64,000 bases of DNA. It comes from an uncultured Chloroflexia bacterium. Its GTDB lineage: Bacteria; Chloroflexota; Limnocylindria; QHBO01. The position numbers and the translations under genes are program-made. Location of the stretch: the NCBI GenBank assembly GCA_963825525.1, contig CAWGTN010000004.1, forward strand, positions 1 through 64,000, in the 5' to 3' direction. This document shows positions 31,383 through 40,610 of the stretch, in pieces; position 1 is the stretch's first letter, and each line of letters starts with the position of its first letter. The notes beneath the pieces are model-generated. The model was not told the origin of the DNA. It ran no database searches and worked only from the letters and a program-made list of their open reading frames with translations.

Positions 31383-32137
31383 AGCAGTCGTGACTCTCCT
31401 GCGGCGTCATTGCGCCACCGATGTGGCAAGGTGGATGGGAAGCTCAGCGCATCCCCCTCGTGGTCGAGCTGGTAGGTCTCCGCGTCGCCGACCCAGACGG
31501 TGACGGCTCCGGCGAGCAGGTAGAGGAACTCTTCTCCCTCGTGGGCATAGGAGCCGTCCGATGTGGCGCCGGCGGACAGCACGAACAGCTGTGGCTCGAG
31601 CTGTCGCGCGTCGCGCGCCAGCTGCTCGATCCGCACGGCCCCGCCGGCCAGCTCGATGACCTCACGCGCGTCGGCCCGAACGACTCGCCCGATGGACGCC
31701 GGTCGTTCATCCGCGAAGAGGTCATGCAGCGTTGTCCCGTACGCGGCAGTGAGCCGCTGGAGGGTCGCGACGCTCGCCCCGGTCAACCCGCGCTCGAGCG
31801 CGGAGATGAAGCTGATCGACAGCCCGCTGCGGTGGGCTGCTTCGCGCAGCGCGAGCCCGCGTCGGGTTCGCAGGCGCCGCAGCAGGCGGCCGTCGACGTG
31901 CCGGTCGTCGTGAGGGCTCCCGCGGTGCTGGCCGAGCATCCGACGGATACCGGGCGCGTTGACGCGCTCGACCTGGCGCATGCGTCGGACGTCGTGCAGG
32001 AGCGCGACGTCCTCGTCGGAGTACAGCCGGTAGCGTCCGCCTGAGCGTGACGGGCGGATGAGGCCCTGTCGCTCCCACAGCCGCAGGGCCGAAGGGCTGA
32101 CGCCCACGCGGCGGGCGGTCTCGCCGATGCGGTACAT
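31355..32137 (-). CDS. Transcriptional regulator: MerR HTH + XRE HTH + cupin (PuuR-like C-terminal half)
   Basis: MYRIGETARRVGVSPSALRLWE; LSISFISALERG; HEGEEFLYLL...PHRWRN; ATG overlaps potC stop. Confidence 0.88.
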   Translation of the reverse strand: MYRIGETARRVGVSPSALRLWERQGLIRPSRSGGRYRLYSDEDVALLHDVRRMRQVERVNAPGIRRMLGQHRGSPHDDRHVDGRLLRRLRTRRGLALREAAHRSGLSISFISALERGLTGASVATLQRLTAAYGTTLHDLFADERPASIGRVVRADAREVIELAGGAVRIEQLARDARQLEPQLFVLSAGATSDGSYAHEGEEFLYLLAGAVTVWVGDAETYQLDHEGDALSFPSTLPHRWRNDAAGESRLLWINTPPTF

Positions 32138-32992
32138 CAGTGCTCCAGTGTGGTCGGCCGCGGGTTCGTGTCGCGGCGCTGGAGGTAGACCCACAGGACG
32201 ATGCCGACGATCGCGATGAGGAAGATGATCGTCCCCATCACGTTGACCTGGGGCGGTACCCCGATGCGCGACGCTCCGTAGACCCACAGCGGGAAGGTGA
32301 GGGTCTGAGCGCCCGCGGTGAACTGGGTGATGACGAAGTCGTCGATCGAGAGCGCGAAGGCCAGGAGTGCGGCGGCAAGGATGCCCGGGAAGATGAGCGG
32401 CAGGGTGATCTTGCGGAAGGTCGTCCACTCGTCGGCGCCGAGGTCCATGGCGGCCTCTTCGAGATGCCGGTCGAACCCCGCGATGCGAGCCCGCACCGTG
32501 ACCACCACGAAGCTGACGTTGAACATGATGTGCGCGACGATGATCGTGGCCAGGCCGCAGTGGGGCCGCAACGGAGACGAAGAGCGCCAACAGCGAGGCG
32601 CCAAGCACGATCTCCGGGGTCGCGATGGGCAGGAAGATCAGAAGATTCAGCGGGCCGCGGCCGCGGAACTCGTAGCGCGTCAGGGCAAGGCCGATGAGGG
32701 TGCCGAGGATCGTCGCAACCACTGTTGCCACGACCGCAACCGTCAGGCTGTTGATGAGGGCCTGGTTCAGGGCCGGGTAGCGCGTGAACACGTTGCCCCA
32801 GTGCTCCAGGGTGAACCCCTGCCACGCGAAGTTGAATCGGCCCTGGATGTCGTTGAAGCCGAACATGATCATGACCAGGATCGGCAGCGACAGGTAGGCG
32901 ACCACCATGCCGGTGTAGACCGGGAGGACGGCGCGGCGGACTCGCTGGCCGGTCGTTCGGGTGCGGTCCGGCGGTGGAGCGGCGTGCGCCAT
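32137..32992 (-). CDS. potC: Polyamine ABC transporter permease (frameshift near 32560)
   Basis: LEEAAMDLGA loop, LSIDDFVIT; frameshift artificially fuses N-half to the regulator ORF in the ORF track. Confidence 0.85.
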
Positions 32993-33852
32993 CAGACGGT
33001 CAGCTCCTGGCCGCGCAGCAGGCGGATGTAGAAGAAGATGCTGACGAGGATGCCCGCCATGAGGATGAGGCTGAGCGCCGCCGCCTGCGGGTAGTCGCGG
33101 TTGACGAGGAACAAGCGCTGGATCACGTTGCCGATCATCGTTTCGTTCCGGCCACCCAGCAGCTCGGCGTTCAGGTAGTCACCGACGGCCGGGATGAAGC
33201 TCAGCAGTGACGCGGCGAAGACGCCGGAGATCGAGAGCGGCAGGGTGACGCGCAGGAAGGCCTGCAGGCGGCTCGCGTACAGGTCCGTGGCCGCCTCGAT
33301 GAGGCGTGGATCGATGCGCTCGAGAGCCACGTACAGCGGCAGCACGACGAACGGCAGGAAGTTGTACGTGATGCCGCTGATCACCGCGATCGGGGTGGCG
33401 AGCAGCCGGAATCCCTGGTCGAGGATCCCGACCTCCTTGAGCGTCCCCAGGAGGAATCCCTGGTCGGCCAGGATGAACTTCCAGCTGATGGTGCGGATGA
33501 TGAAGCTCGTGAAGAACGGCAGGATCACGAGCAGCAGGAGGATGTTCTTGTACCGCCCGCCGCGGAAGGCGATCGTGTAGGCCATCGGGTAGCCGATGAG
33601 CATCGCCAGCACTGTGACGATCAACCCGTACTGCAGGGACCGCAGGAGCTGGGTATCCCAGCGCGCAACCGCCTCGGGAAAGATCCCGAAGTTGAAGGTC
33701 AGCCGATAGCCGGTTGCGAGGGACCCCTCCTGCAGCGCGACCGACGCCGTCGTCAGCAGTGGGATGACGAAGAAGACGATCAGCCATAGACCGCCGGGCA
33801 GCAGGAAGAGATAGGGGACGACTCCCTTGTGATGGCGCAGCCAGCCGGGCAT
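32992..33852 (-). CDS. potB: Polyamine ABC transporter permease
   Basis: LPFFTSFIIRT, YNFLPF, LIEAATDLYA, FIPAVGDY. Confidence 0.88.
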   Translation of the reverse strand: MPGWLRHHKGVVPYLFLLPGGLWLIVFFVIPLLTTASVALQEGSLATGYRLTFNFGIFPEAVARWDTQLLRSLQYGLIVTVLAMLIGYPMAYTIAFRGGRYKNILLLLVILPFFTSFIIRTISWKFILADQGFLLGTLKEVGILDQGFRLLATPIAVISGITYNFLPFVVLPLYVALERIDPRLIEAATDLYASRLQAFLRVTLPLSISGVFAASLLSFIPAVGDYLNAELLGGRNETMIGNVIQRLFLVNRDYPQAAALSLILMAGILVSIFFYIRLLRGQELTV

Positions 33853-33888
33853 GCGGTCCTTCCTCTCTTCCTGCTGCGGCAGATGCGG

Positions 33889-35130
33889 TCAGCCCTGGGT
33901 GACCTCCTGGAAGAGCTCGGCCCACTGCCGCTCCTCGTCCTCGTCCAGGACCTTGTAGCTGTAGAGGCGCGACAGCATCTCGTCGGTCGGGAAGACGAGC
34001 GGCGACTCAGCCACGGCGCGCAGGTACTCCGCCGTCTCGGTGTCCCCATCGGCCTCCGCCTCGTCGGCGTGCTGGGTCACGATCTCCTGCGCTCCGGGCA
34101 CCGGGGTGATGTAGTTCACCCACTCGGCGACCTGTGCGGCGACCTCCGGCCGGTACGCGTAGTCCATCATCGCGAGGGCGTCGTCGGGATGCTCGGCGCC
34201 CTTCGGAATGGCCATGTTGTCGGTCCACAGGATGGCGCCCTCGTCGGGCACCACGAACTGCAGGTCCGGGTTGTCGAGCTGCAGCTGGAACACGTCGCCC
34301 GACCACGCCATGGTGATGGCAAGGCTGCCGTTGGCGAAGTCATCGGCGTACTCGTTGCCGTAGTAGCCGCGAACGCACTCCGCCTGCTCGAGCAGGATCT
34401 CCTGCGCCGCTTCGACGTCCTCGATCGTGGCCTCCTCGGGGATCACGCCGTTGTAGAGCAGCGCCAGGCTGATCACGTCCCGCATCTCGCTGAACATGCC
34501 GATCTGGCCGCAATACTTCTGGATGAACTCCGGGTCGAACAGCTGTGCCAGCGAGGTGATCTCCTCATCGACCAGCGCGGGGTTGTAGCCGATGCCGGTG
34601 ATGCCCGACTGCCAGGGCACGCTGTACAGGTTGCCCGGGTCGTACGAGCGATCCTTGTACTTGTCGGCGGCATTCGCCCCAAAGTTCGGGATGTCGCGCT
34701 CGACGTCGATCTGCTCGAGATAGCCGAGCTCGATCATGTTGCCGATCATCCAGTCGGTGACGACGATGATGTCGTGCCCCGGATCCTGACCGGCCTGGAG
34801 CTGCGGCTGGATCGTCCCGAAGAAGGAGCTGTTGTCCTGGATCGCCTCGCTGTACGTGACGTCGATCCCGGTCTCTTCCTCGAAGTCCACGATGGTCGGT
34901 GAGTTGCCGTCGTCGTCCTGGTCGATGTAGAGCGGCCAGTTCGTGAAGTTCAGGACCCCGACCGGCTCGCCCCCGCCAACCGGCTCGCCGCCGCCGCTCG
35001 TGGCTGGGGCCGAGCCTCCGCCCGAGCTCCCGGGCTCGATGCCACACGCGCCCAGGGCGAGGGCGAATGTGACGCCCACCGCTGCAAACGTGCGGACCCG
35101 TCGCGCGCGTCCGTGAACCTTCATGATCAT
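33889..35130 (-). CDS. potD: Polyamine ABC transporter substrate-binding lipoprotein
   Basis: Lipobox LGAC, NWPLYID, PWQSG, WSGD, WTDNMAIP. Confidence 0.88.
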   Translation of the reverse strand: MIMKVHGRARRVRTFAAVGVTFALALGACGIEPGSSGGGSAPATSGGGEPVGGGEPVGVLNFTNWPLYIDQDDDGNSPTIVDFEEETGIDVTYSEAIQDNSSFFGTIQPQLQAGQDPGHDIIVVTDWMIGNMIELGYLEQIDVERDIPNFGANAADKYKDRSYDPGNLYSVPWQSGITGIGYNPALVDEEITSLAQLFDPEFIQKYCGQIGMFSEMRDVISLALLYNGVIPEEATIEDVEAAQEILLEQAECVRGYYGNEYADDFANGSLAITMAWSGDVFQLQLDNPDLQFVVPDEGAILWTDNMAIPKGAEHPDDALAMMDYAYRPEVAAQVAEWVNYITPVPGAQEIVTQHADEAEADGDTETAEYLRAVAESPLVFPTDEMLSRLYSYKVLDEDEERQWAELFQEVTQG

Positions 35131-36278
35131 CCGGTCTTCTCCTCCTCCAGGGTTGCCGTCGTGGCTGGTCGGTCGGGATTGTCGATGACGAAGGTGTGCT
35201 GGGGATTCCAGGTCACGCGGACGTCCTGGCCGTCGGAGAGGACCTCCGATGCACCGCTCGTCGTGAGGTTCTGTGCGTACACGGTGAGGATGTGTCCATC
35301 CCTCGTCTTCACCAGGTACTGCGTGCTGACGCCGATGTAGCTCGCGTCGAGGACCGTTCCCTCGAGCATGTTCGTCTCGGCCGCCGCGCTGGTCTCCAGG
35401 CTGTCCCTGGGGACGACGCGGAGCTTCTCGGGCCGGATGCCGACGCGGACGGTGGAGGTGCCGTTCGTCGCCGCCGACGGGGCTCGGATCACCTTCCCGT
35501 CGGTGAGGCGGACCTCCGCCAGGTCGCCCGATTGGCCCACGACCTCACCGTCGAGCAGGTTGCTGACCCCGAGGAATCCAGCGACGAACTCGGTAGCCGG
35601 CCGCTCGTAGAGCTCTTCGGGAACCCCGAGCTGCTCGATGCGTCCGGCGCGCATGACGGCGATGCGATCCGACATCGTCATCGCCTCCTCCTGGTCGTGC
35701 GTGACGAAGATGAAGGTGATGCCGATCTCGCTCTGGATCCGTTTCAGCTCCACCTGCATCTGCTTGCGCAGCTTGAGGTCGAGTGCGCCGAGCGGCTCGT
35801 CGAGCAGCAGGACGCGGGGGTTGTTCACGAGGGCACGGGCGAGCGCGACTCGCTGCTGCTGGCCGCCGGACAGCTGGTTCGGCTTGCGCTCCTCGTAGCC
35901 GGGCAGCTCGACCAGCTTGAGCATGAAGGCGACCTGGTGCCTGATCTCGCCGATCGGTGTCTTGCGGCGTCGCAGGCCGAACGCGATGTTCTCGAACACG
36001 CTGAGATGAGGGAAGAGCGCGTAGTTCTGGAAGACCGTGTTCGTTGCGCGCTTGAAGGGCGGAAGGTTGGTGACGTCCTTGTCGCCGACCGAGATCGTGC
36101 CGGCGGTGACCTCCTCGAAGCCACCGATCATGCGCAGTGTGGTCGTCTTCCCACATCCGGATGGTCCGAGGAGCGAGAAGAATTCGCCTTCCTTGACCTC
36201 CAGTGAGAGGTCATCGACGGCGGTGAAGCTGCCGAACCGCTTCGTGACGCGGTCCAGTCGAACATCGGCTTCAGGCAC
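35127..36278 (-). CDS. potA: Polyamine ABC transporter ATP-binding protein
   Basis: [37 protein letters not shown] domain. Confidence 0.92.
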   Translation of the reverse strand: MPEADVRLDRVTKRFGSFTAVDDLSLEVKEGEFFSLLGPSGCGKTTTLRMIGGFEEVTAGTISVGDKDVTNLPPFKRATNTVFQNYALFPHLSVFENIAFGLRRRKTPIGEIRHQVAFMLKLVELPGYEERKPNQLSGGQQQRVALARALVNNPRVLLLDEPLGALDLKLRKQMQVELKRIQSEIGITFIFVTHDQEEAMTMSDRIAVMRAGRIEQLGVPEELYERPATEFVAGFLGVSNLLDGEVVGQSGDLAEVRLTDGKVIRAPSAATNGTSTVRVGIRPEKLRVVPRDSLETSAAAETNMLEGTVLDASYIGVSTQYLVKTRDGHILTVYAQNLTTSGASEVLSDGQDVRVTWNPQHTFVIDNPDRPATTATLEEEKTG

Positions 36279-36295
36279 GCTTGGTCACTCGCAAA

Positions 36296-36352
36296 CCTTA
36301 TCGCAGTGCTGTAAGGAGCGGAGTATAGGTTCGGGCCTCGTTGGCGTGTCAA
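36296..36352 (-). promoter_or_regulatory. pot operon promoter (TTGACA-19 bp-TATACT) and downstream palindromic operator
   Basis: -35 at 36347-36352, -10 at 36322-36327; palindrome CCTTA-nn-GCA-n-TGC-nn-TAAGG at 36296-36316. Confidence 0.7.
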
Positions 36353-36371
36353 GGAATTGCCGTCCGCCGGC

Positions 36372-36399
36372 GCAACTTTGCTGCGGAACGGCGCGTCTT
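36372..36399 (+). promoter_or_regulatory. ECF sigma-type promoter
   Basis: GCAACT-N16-CGTCTT; same arrangement recurs at 58060-58087. Confidence 0.55.
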
Positions 36400-36437
36400 C
36401 ATGTCGACAGACGATTCATTCGGAGGGGGCCCTGACG

Positions 36438-36569
36438 ATGGCAAAGCTGAACCACCAGAAGAGACACCGACCGCGACCGGTGGCGACGCGCCGCAGGCGC
36501 GTCAATCTCCAGCGGGCGGAGGACCAGCGCAGCCGGCGCGAAGTCGAGCGCTGGCGCCGCAGCACCTGA
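36438..36569 (+). CDS. Small Arg-rich basic protein (43 aa)
   Basis: GGAGG SD, MAKLNHQKRHRPRPV..., upstream ECF-like promoter, downstream hairpin. Confidence 0.5.
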   Translation: MAKLNHQKRHRPRPVATRRRRVNLQRAEDQRSRREVERWRRST

Positions 36570-36602
36570 TCTCGCGCCTGCGCGCTGAAGCCACGTCACA
36601 TC

Positions 36603-36633
36603 ACGACCCGACCGGATCCGCCGGCCGGGTCGT
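36603..36633. terminator. GC-rich hairpin, possible terminator (no U-tract)
   Basis: ACGACCCGACCGG-atccg-CCGGCCGGGTCGT. Confidence 0.4.
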
Positions 36634-36683
36634 CGACTTGTACACTCGGCACCCACCGAATCCGCAATGGAGCACCCGCCTCG

Positions 36684-37835
36684 ATGGACTTCGCCCTGTC
36701 ACCGCAGCACGAGGAAATCCGGCGCACGGTGCGCGACTTCGCCGAGAAGCGCATCGCACCGATAGCCGATGAGCTCGAGCGCAAGGGCGAGTTTCCCATG
36801 GAGATCATCCGCGAGGCCGCGGCCCTGGGCCTCCTTGGGGTCCCCTACCCCGAGGAGATCGGCGGCACCGGGCTCGATTCGCTGGCCTACGCGATCACGG
36901 TCGAGGAGCTGTCGCGCGTCAGCGGATCGGTCGGGATCATCGTCAGTGCGCACACCAGCCTGGGATGCAATCCCGTGTGGCTGGCCGGGACGGATGCCCA
37001 GAAGGAGAAGTTCCTGCGGCCCATGGCGTCGGGCGCGGTGATCGGCGCGTATGGCCTGACGGAGCCGGGGGCCGGGTCGGACTCGCGCGGCACGCGCACG
37101 CGCGCGCATCGGGATGGAAGCGGCTGGGTCATCAATGGTGGCAAGCGATTCATCACCAATGCCGGTGTCGCCGGCACGTACATCATCACGGCCGTGACCG
37201 ACAAGGAAGAGGCGACGGGCAAGATCAGCGCCTTCATCGTCGAGGCCGATGCGCCCGGATTCAGCATCGGTCGCATGGAGGAGAAGATGGGACTCCATGC
37301 CAGCAACACCGGCGAGCTGATCTTCGAGGACTGCCGCGTTCCGGAGGAGAACATGCTGGGCGCAGAGGGTGAGGGTGATCGGCTGTTCCTCAAGACGCTC
37401 GACGGCGGACGGATCGGCATCGCATCCATGGCCCTCGGGCTGGCCCAGGCCGCCTACGAGGCGGCGTCGGCCTACGTCAAGGAGCGCAAGCAGTTCGGGC
37501 GGGCCATCGGGTCGTTCCAGGGCGTCGCCTTCAAGATCGCTGACATGGCGACCGGCATCGATGCGGCGCGGCTCATGACCTATCGGGCCGCATGGCTCAA
37601 GGACAGCGGCAAGCCGTACAGCACGGAAGCGGCGATGGCCAAGCTGTATGCCTCCGAGGTGGCGCGGGACGTGACGAATGACGCGATCCAGGTGCACGGA
37701 GGCTACGGGTACATCACCGAGTACAAGGTCGAACGCTATCTGCGCGACGCCAAGCTGACCGAGATCGGGGAGGGGACCAGCGAGATCCAGCGCATGGTCA
37801 TCGCCCGAAACCTGCTCGGCCTGCGCGCGATGTAG
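36684..37835 (+). CDS. Acyl-CoA dehydrogenase (short/branched-chain type)
   Basis: YGLTEPGAGSD, KRFITNA, RKQFGRAI, QVHGGYGY, IGEGTSEIQR. Confidence 0.93.
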   Translation: MDFALSPQHEEIRRTVRDFAEKRIAPIADELERKGEFPMEIIREAAALGLLGVPYPEEIGGTGLDSLAYAITVEELSRVSGSVGIIVSAHTSLGCNPVWLAGTDAQKEKFLRPMASGAVIGAYGLTEPGAGSDSRGTRTRAHRDGSGWVINGGKRFITNAGVAGTYIITAVTDKEEATGKISAFIVEADAPGFSIGRMEEKMGLHASNTGELIFEDCRVPEENMLGAEGEGDRLFLKTLDGGRIGIASMALGLAQAAYEAASAYVKERKQFGRAIGSFQGVAFKIADMATGIDAARLMTYRAAWLKDSGKPYSTEAAMAKLYASEVARDVTNDAIQVHGGYGYITEYKVERYLRDAKLTEIGEGTSEIQRMVIARNLLGLRAM

Positions 37836-37846
37836 GGAGACGCAGG

Positions 37847-39940
37847 GTGGGAGTCGGTCGGTCCCGAATCGCTGTCGCCCTGGCGGCCGGCATGATCGCG
37901 GCGGGAATCCCGGCTCCGTTGGTGGCCGAGGAGTCCGGCGCGCAGCGACTGCCGGGATCCACGGTCTCGGCCCTGACCATCGACCTCGACGGGAACGGTT
38001 CGGCGGAGGTCGTGCGGCTGCTCGACTCACCGGGTTCCGGCTTCACGGTGGAGGCATGGGACGTCGATGACGATGGGCGGTGGACGGTGCAGGCGGCCGT
38101 CTCGCTGCCGATCGATGCCGATGCCGGCAACTCGCATCCGCGAGACGAGATCGCGTCGCTGAGTTCGTTGACGGTCGGCGGGCGCGAGGAGCTGCTCGCG
38201 GTCACTGGGCGGGCTGATCCTGGCACGCAGCTCAGCGGCAGGTGCTGCCTGCGGATCCGGCACATCAGCCGTGACGATCAGGGCTTGGCAATGACCACGA
38301 TGCCGATTGAAGGGCTGGAGGTGGAGCAGCTCTTCACGCCCGACCTCGACGGTGATGGGACCGATGAGCTGGTCCTCGCCGTACCGCCGGATGAGGCCGG
38401 CCTCCAGCGCCTGGCGATCTATTCCTGGAGCGGCGCTGACTGGGTGCCTGTTGACGAGTTCGAGATGGCGGGATTCGGGGGATGGAGCATGACCGCGGGG
38501 GTGGAGGGAGGTCGCGACGCCGTGATTCTCGGTCCTGACCCGCTGGGCGACGTTTCACGCATCTCGCTTGTCGGTGGCGCCTTGCTCGTCGAGGCGGAGC
38601 GCATCGATCTCGGCGAGAGCTTCGACGGATGGCTTGCCGCCACCGCCGGCGACCGGCTGGTCCTCGTGTCGTCCGACGGCATCCGTATGGTGCAGTGGCC
38701 GTCGAACGCCCCACCCACGGTCGTCGCCCGGTACGCGACCTCGAGCTATCCGGCCGTCCAGGTGCTCGGTACCGGTCCCGAGATGCTCCTGCTCGTGATA
38801 GATCAGGGCCTACGTCCCTCGGCCGGTCCGCCCGAAGTGATGATTCTGGATGCCGGGCTCGACACGCTTGGGCAGGTCGAGCCGAACGCGTCGACCACCG
38901 CCGTGTGGGAAGTCCTGCGTCCCGATCTCAACTTCGGCGACTTCCAGCGCTACATCTTTCCGCACTTCGGACCCCTTCCCGGGCTCATCGATGGAAGGCA
39001 CGCGGCCGTGGCGAGCGGTGTCCTGGTTCAACCCATTGGCGCGGCCAAATTCGAGCAGCGCGACGTGAGCTCGTTCGTCGGCATGCAGCCGGTGGGCCGC
39101 GCCGGCCCTGACGACAGCTGGCTCGCGATGGGAGACGGGTTCTTCGGGACCGGGGACACGGTCTATCTCTTCCCCTTCGGCGCGATGCAGGCCGACGCGG
39201 GCCGGCTGGTCATCGCGCCGATCGACGACCTCCTGGATCCGGCCCCGACTCCCTTGACCGTCCGGCTGGTCGGCGGCGTTGAAGTCGCGCGGCGTGATGA
39301 TGTGCTCGAGGTGCTGGCGCCGTCGGATGGTATGTCCATCGAGATCGCGGCGCCCGTGGGTTCGCTGGTCATCTCGACGCAGGACAATCGCCTGCGCGGA
39401 GACGAGATCACCGGGTCGGAGGCCGTGATCGTCGACATTTCACCCCCTCCCGCGCGCGACGACGCGGCCGACATGCCCTTCGAGCGATGGCTTGCTGTCA
39501 TTGCCCCGGATGGTCGGAGCAGGTCGCTCCACGTGAAGGGGACATTCGTCCTGACCAGTCCGACCATTCGCGCGGCGGCGGCGACGGCGACCTTCAGCCT
39601 GCGTTCCACCATCCGAGGCCGCGTATCGTCCTGGGTCGACGTGGAGATCGATGGCGTTCCGGCGCCGGTCGCCGACGACGGCCGCTTCGCCGGCGAGGTC
39701 GACGCGCCGATCTGGCCACGCGACGTGACCATCGTGGCTCGCGATCGGCTGGGGAACGAGACGGTGACCCGACTCCAGATCGTCGGCTTCCTGGACTACC
39801 GCGGACTGCCCTGGGCCGCGATCGTCGGGGCGGCAATCGTTGCCTCCGGGGCGTTCCTGTTCGTGCGCACGCCGCGGCCGCGGCAACCTCAAACCATCGC
39901 CGCCGAGGATGGAACGCTCGAGGAGGTCGACGGCGATTGA
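37847..39940 (+). CDS. Surface protein with FG-GAP/VCBS-like repeats, Ig-like domain and C-terminal TM anchor (paralog 1)
   Basis: Signal peptide; DLDGNGSAE and DLDGDGTDEL; ARDRLGNE; DYRGLPW + TM. Confidence 0.78.
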   Translation: MGVGRSRIAVALAAGMIAAGIPAPLVAEESGAQRLPGSTVSALTIDLDGNGSAEVVRLLDSPGSGFTVEAWDVDDDGRWTVQAAVSLPIDADAGNSHPRDEIASLSSLTVGGREELLAVTGRADPGTQLSGRCCLRIRHISRDDQGLAMTTMPIEGLEVEQLFTPDLDGDGTDELVLAVPPDEAGLQRLAIYSWSGADWVPVDEFEMAGFGGWSMTAGVEGGRDAVILGPDPLGDVSRISLVGGALLVEAERIDLGESFDGWLAATAGDRLVLVSSDGIRMVQWPSNAPPTVVARYATSSYPAVQVLGTGPEMLLLVIDQGLRPSAGPPEVMILDAGLDTLGQVEPNASTTAVWEVLRPDLNFGDFQRYIFPHFGPLPGLIDGRHAAVASGVLVQPIGAAKFEQRDVSSFVGMQPVGRAGPDDSWLAMGDGFFGTGDTVYLFPFGAMQADAGRLVIAPIDDLLDPAPTPLTVRLVGGVEVARRDDVLEVLAPSDGMSIEIAAPVGSLVISTQDNRLRGDEITGSEAVIVDISPPPARDDAADMPFERWLAVIAPDGRSRSLHVKGTFVLTSPTIRAAAATATFSLRSTIRGRVSSWVDVEIDGVPAPVADDGRFAGEVDAPIWPRDVTIVARDRLGNETVTRLQIVGFLDYRGLPWAAIVGAAIVASGAFLFVRTPRPRQPQTIAAEDGTLEEVDGD

Positions 39941-40015
39941 GCGGGATGCGATACGCTGTACGCACGGCTCGTTCGTTCGACGGCCGAGCAGACAACCTCA
40001 CGAGGTGCCCTATTC

Positions 40016-40606
40016 ATGAGCAGCCGCATCGAAGAGCTGGACGCGATCGTCCGCCAGTTCGATCTCAACGAGCATCCCTTCTACACCGAATGGCGGGCGG
40101 GCACGCTCCCCGTCGAGCGCCTCTCCGAGTACGCCGATGAGTGGGCTCCCTTCATCGCAATCGTCGACAAGGGCTGGGATCGACTCGGGTACGCCGAGTA
40201 CGCGGCCGAGGAGCGTGAGCACGACGCCCTGTGGTCCCGCTTCCGCGCCGCCCTGGGCGCATCCGGCAGCATGGACCGTCCCCAGTCGAAGACCCTGCTG
40301 GCCGTGGGCCAGAACGCCTTCGCCGCGGCGCCCGAGTCGCTCGGCGCGCTGTACAGCTTCGAGGTTCAGCAGCCGAAGACGGCGTCGAGCAAGCTGGCCG
40401 GACTCCGCGAGCACTACGCCGGCACCGTTGACGCCGATGCGCAGCAGTACTTCGTCGAGCATGCGGTCGAGACCGACGAGCCCGCCATGCTTGCCGAGAT
40501 GATCGACAAGCTGTCCGACGGCGACTTCGCCCGCGCCAAGACGGCCTGCGCGCTGTTCAGTGCGGCCGCATGGGGCGCCCTGGACGGGGTCTACTTCACC
40601 GACTGA
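40016..40606 (+). CDS. CADD/PqqC/TenA-like heme-oxygenase-fold di-iron protein
   Basis: LNEHPFY..WRAGTL, EEREHDALW, GALYSFE.QQP..A..KLAGL..HY, YFVEH. Confidence 0.8.
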   Translation: MSSRIEELDAIVRQFDLNEHPFYTEWRAGTLPVERLSEYADEWAPFIAIVDKGWDRLGYAEYAAEEREHDALWSRFRAALGASGSMDRPQSKTLLAVGQNAFAAAPESLGALYSFEVQQPKTASSKLAGLREHYAGTVDADAQQYFVEHAVETDEPAMLAEMIDKLSDGDFARAKTACALFSAAAWGALDGVYFTD

Positions 40607-40610
40607 GCGG

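Noticed and set aside
31355-32992. Apparent 545-aa permease-transcription factor fusion in the ORF track
   Set aside because: Artifact of the potC frameshift; the potC C-half is in another frame and the regulator has its own ATG at 32137.
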